Positions 62,201-64,000 of a stretch of DNA of 64,000 nucleotides are shown here, one piece after another. Numbering within the stretch: the first letter of the stretch is position 1; each line of letters starts with the position of its first letter. The stretch spans positions 2,480,001 to 2,544,000 of the forward strand of contig CM069154.1 of the NCBI GenBank assembly GCA_035221665.1, written 5' to 3'. The notes under the pieces were generated by a model, which was given only the letters and a program-made list of their open reading frames with translations, had not been told where the DNA came from and searched no databases. Source of the DNA: Okamejei kenojei. Its lineage: Eukaryota. Both the position numbers and the translations under genes were made by a program.

Positions 62201-62559
62201 GTGGGACCGATGCTTTAGTATTTATTCAGCAACTGTACTTGTTCTTCAGGCTGTTGATCTCCTGGTAGAGTTTTGGGTCGTTCCATTCATAGGTGGCGAT
62301 TTGATTGCTCTTCATTCCAGCGAAGGCGTAGATGATGTGTGTGCAGAGGCAAGGGTCCACGTTCTGGGGCATGTATTTACCCTCTCCTGGTCTGTACTGC
62401 GCCCAGTTGGTGAAGTAACACACCAGCCTGTAGGCAGAGCCTGGGCAAGGGAGAGACAGGGCGGTCAGGACAATGTCTCTGTGGCACTCACACAAAGCAA
62501 AGCAAGGCTACAAATGCACAAAGACTCACCCAGTTGCAGGCAGGCCAGTAAGACCACCG
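53202..62559 (-). CDS. chia: GH18 chitinase (CHIA-like) copy 3, coding exons 2-11, frame intact; exon 1 lies just beyond the window end
   Basis: Exons 62559-62530, 62440-62239, 60566-60510, 58689-58524 (DGLDIDWE), 57473-57349, 56472-56346, 55661-55479, 54786-54670, 54140-54002, 53455-53202. With a 25-nt exon 1 as in copy 2 they total 1425 nt (474 aa plus stop). Confidence 0.94.
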
Positions 62560-63622
62560 CTGGAACAGAAAACAGAGAGCAGCATGTTAGGATTACAACA
62601 AACCGTAATAAGTCAGGGATTACGGGGAGAAGACAGGAGAATAGGGTTGAGAGGGAAAGATAGATCAGCCATGATTGAGTGGCTAGAGTGCACTTGATGG
62701 GCCGAATGGCATAATTCTGCTCCCATCACTTATGAATTTATGAAACCTTGGCTGCATTACGGCCTCTACACAATGACACTGTTATATAAGTGGTTGGGAA
62801 ACTATGAAGATCTATCTTGTGGGCGGCAGGGTGGCGCAGCGGTAGAGGTGCTGCCTCACAGCGCCAGAGACCCAGGTTCGATCTTGACTATGGGTGTTGA
62901 ACGTGTGTGGAATTTGTACATCAACCCTGCTATGCTTACTATTCTAGTATAATTAGATAGTTCTGTTTCTGGTACAAATGACAATAACACACCCTTAACT
63001 CCCTCTCCCTGTGACCATGTGGGTTTTCTCCGGGAGCTCTGGTTTCCTCCTAAATCCAAAAGATGTGAGGGATTGAAGGTTAGTTTTCCTTCTGTAAAAT
63101 TGCTCCTAGTGTGTAGGGAGTGGATGCAAAAGTGGGATAACATAGAACTAGTGTGAAGGGCTGAACAATGGTCGGCGTGGACTCCGTGGGCCGAAGGGTC
63201 TGTATCTCTAAACTAAACCTTTCCTATCCATGTACCTGTCTGAATGTCTTTTAAATGTTATTATACTTGCCTCATCTCTGGCAGATCGTTCCATATACTC
63301 ACCACCCTCTGGGCAACAGGTTAGAGTCATAGAGTCACAGAGTCATAGAGTCAAACAGGCCCTTTGGCCCAATTTGCCCATACTGACCAAGATGCCCCAC
63401 CTAAGCTTGTCCCAGTTGCCCCTGGATTCACCTTTAAATCTTTTCCCACTCACCTTAAGTCAATGCCCCGTAGTTTTAAACTCCCCTTCCCTGGAGAAAG
63501 GCAGAGACCATACTTCAAATCTCTGCCCCTCGTGATTTTCTAAATGTCTCTGAAGATTTTCACAGAGTGCTGGAGTAATTCAGCGGGTCAAGCAACTTCT
63601 CCGGAGAGAAGGAATTGGTAAC

Positions 63623-64000
63623 ATTTCGGGTCCGTTGGAAAATACAAAATACTAAGAAACTACAAACTGCAGAAGTTGATTTACTCCAAAGATAGACACA
63701 AAGTGCTGGAGTATCTCAGCGGGTCAGGCAGCATCTCCGGAGATAAGGGTTGGGTAGAATTGAGACGCTTCTTCAGACACCTTTATAATTAAACTTGAGA
63801 AACAATTTAATCTGTTCTCATCCTCATTTAATTTCTAAACCTGATTTCGGGTCCGTTGGAAAATACAAAATACTAAGAAACTACAAACTGCAGAAGTTGA
63901 TTTACTCCAAAGATAGACACAAAGTGCTGGAGTATCTCAGCGGGTCAGGCAGCATCTCCGGAGATAAGGGTTGGGTAGAATTGAGACGCTTCTTCAGACA
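63623..64000 (+). repeat. 221-bp local tandem duplication in chitinase copy 3 intron 1
   Basis: ATTTCGGGTCCGTTGG at 63623 and 63844; single copy in copy 2 (39021). Confidence 0.85.

Larger units (their letters stand above)
41973..64000 (+). repeat. Direct segmental duplication of 17112-~39245 (period ~24.6-24.9 kb)
   Basis: Near-identical ORFs offset by 24867 (18403/43270), 24865, 24620 (28582/53202) and 24604 (37622/62226). Confidence 0.95.

Overview
Eukaryotic genomic DNA. The HE1/SacSINE-type tRNA SINEs, CR1, Rex-Babar and L1 repeats suggest a cartilaginous fish, probably a skate or ray (inference). The window is a rearranged cluster with two interleaved gene families. (1) Three GH18 chitinase (CHIA-like) genes with a C-terminal CBM14: the 3' end of one on + (113-2343), a complete one on - (39322-28582, with three 1-bp deletions in base runs), and a frame-intact one on - (62559-53202, exon 1 beyond the window). 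(2) Six copies of a small two-exon gene family that I cannot assign to a named gene. Each encodes a putative secreted prepro-protein: signal peptide, propeptide ending in RAPR|Q, then a single Ig V-set domain. The leader, promoter and flanks are nearly identical between paralogs, while the mature V domain is strongly divergent, mainly in CDR-like loops. Every copy's promoter carries a perfect ER-stress element (CCAAT-N9-CCACG). The [IgV-IgV-chitinase] unit is tandemly duplicated with a ~24.6-24.9 kb period, and an older inverted copy occupies the left end. A degenerate L1 fused to a Gypsy 3' end, a solo LTR, MITEs and minisatellites fill the rest.
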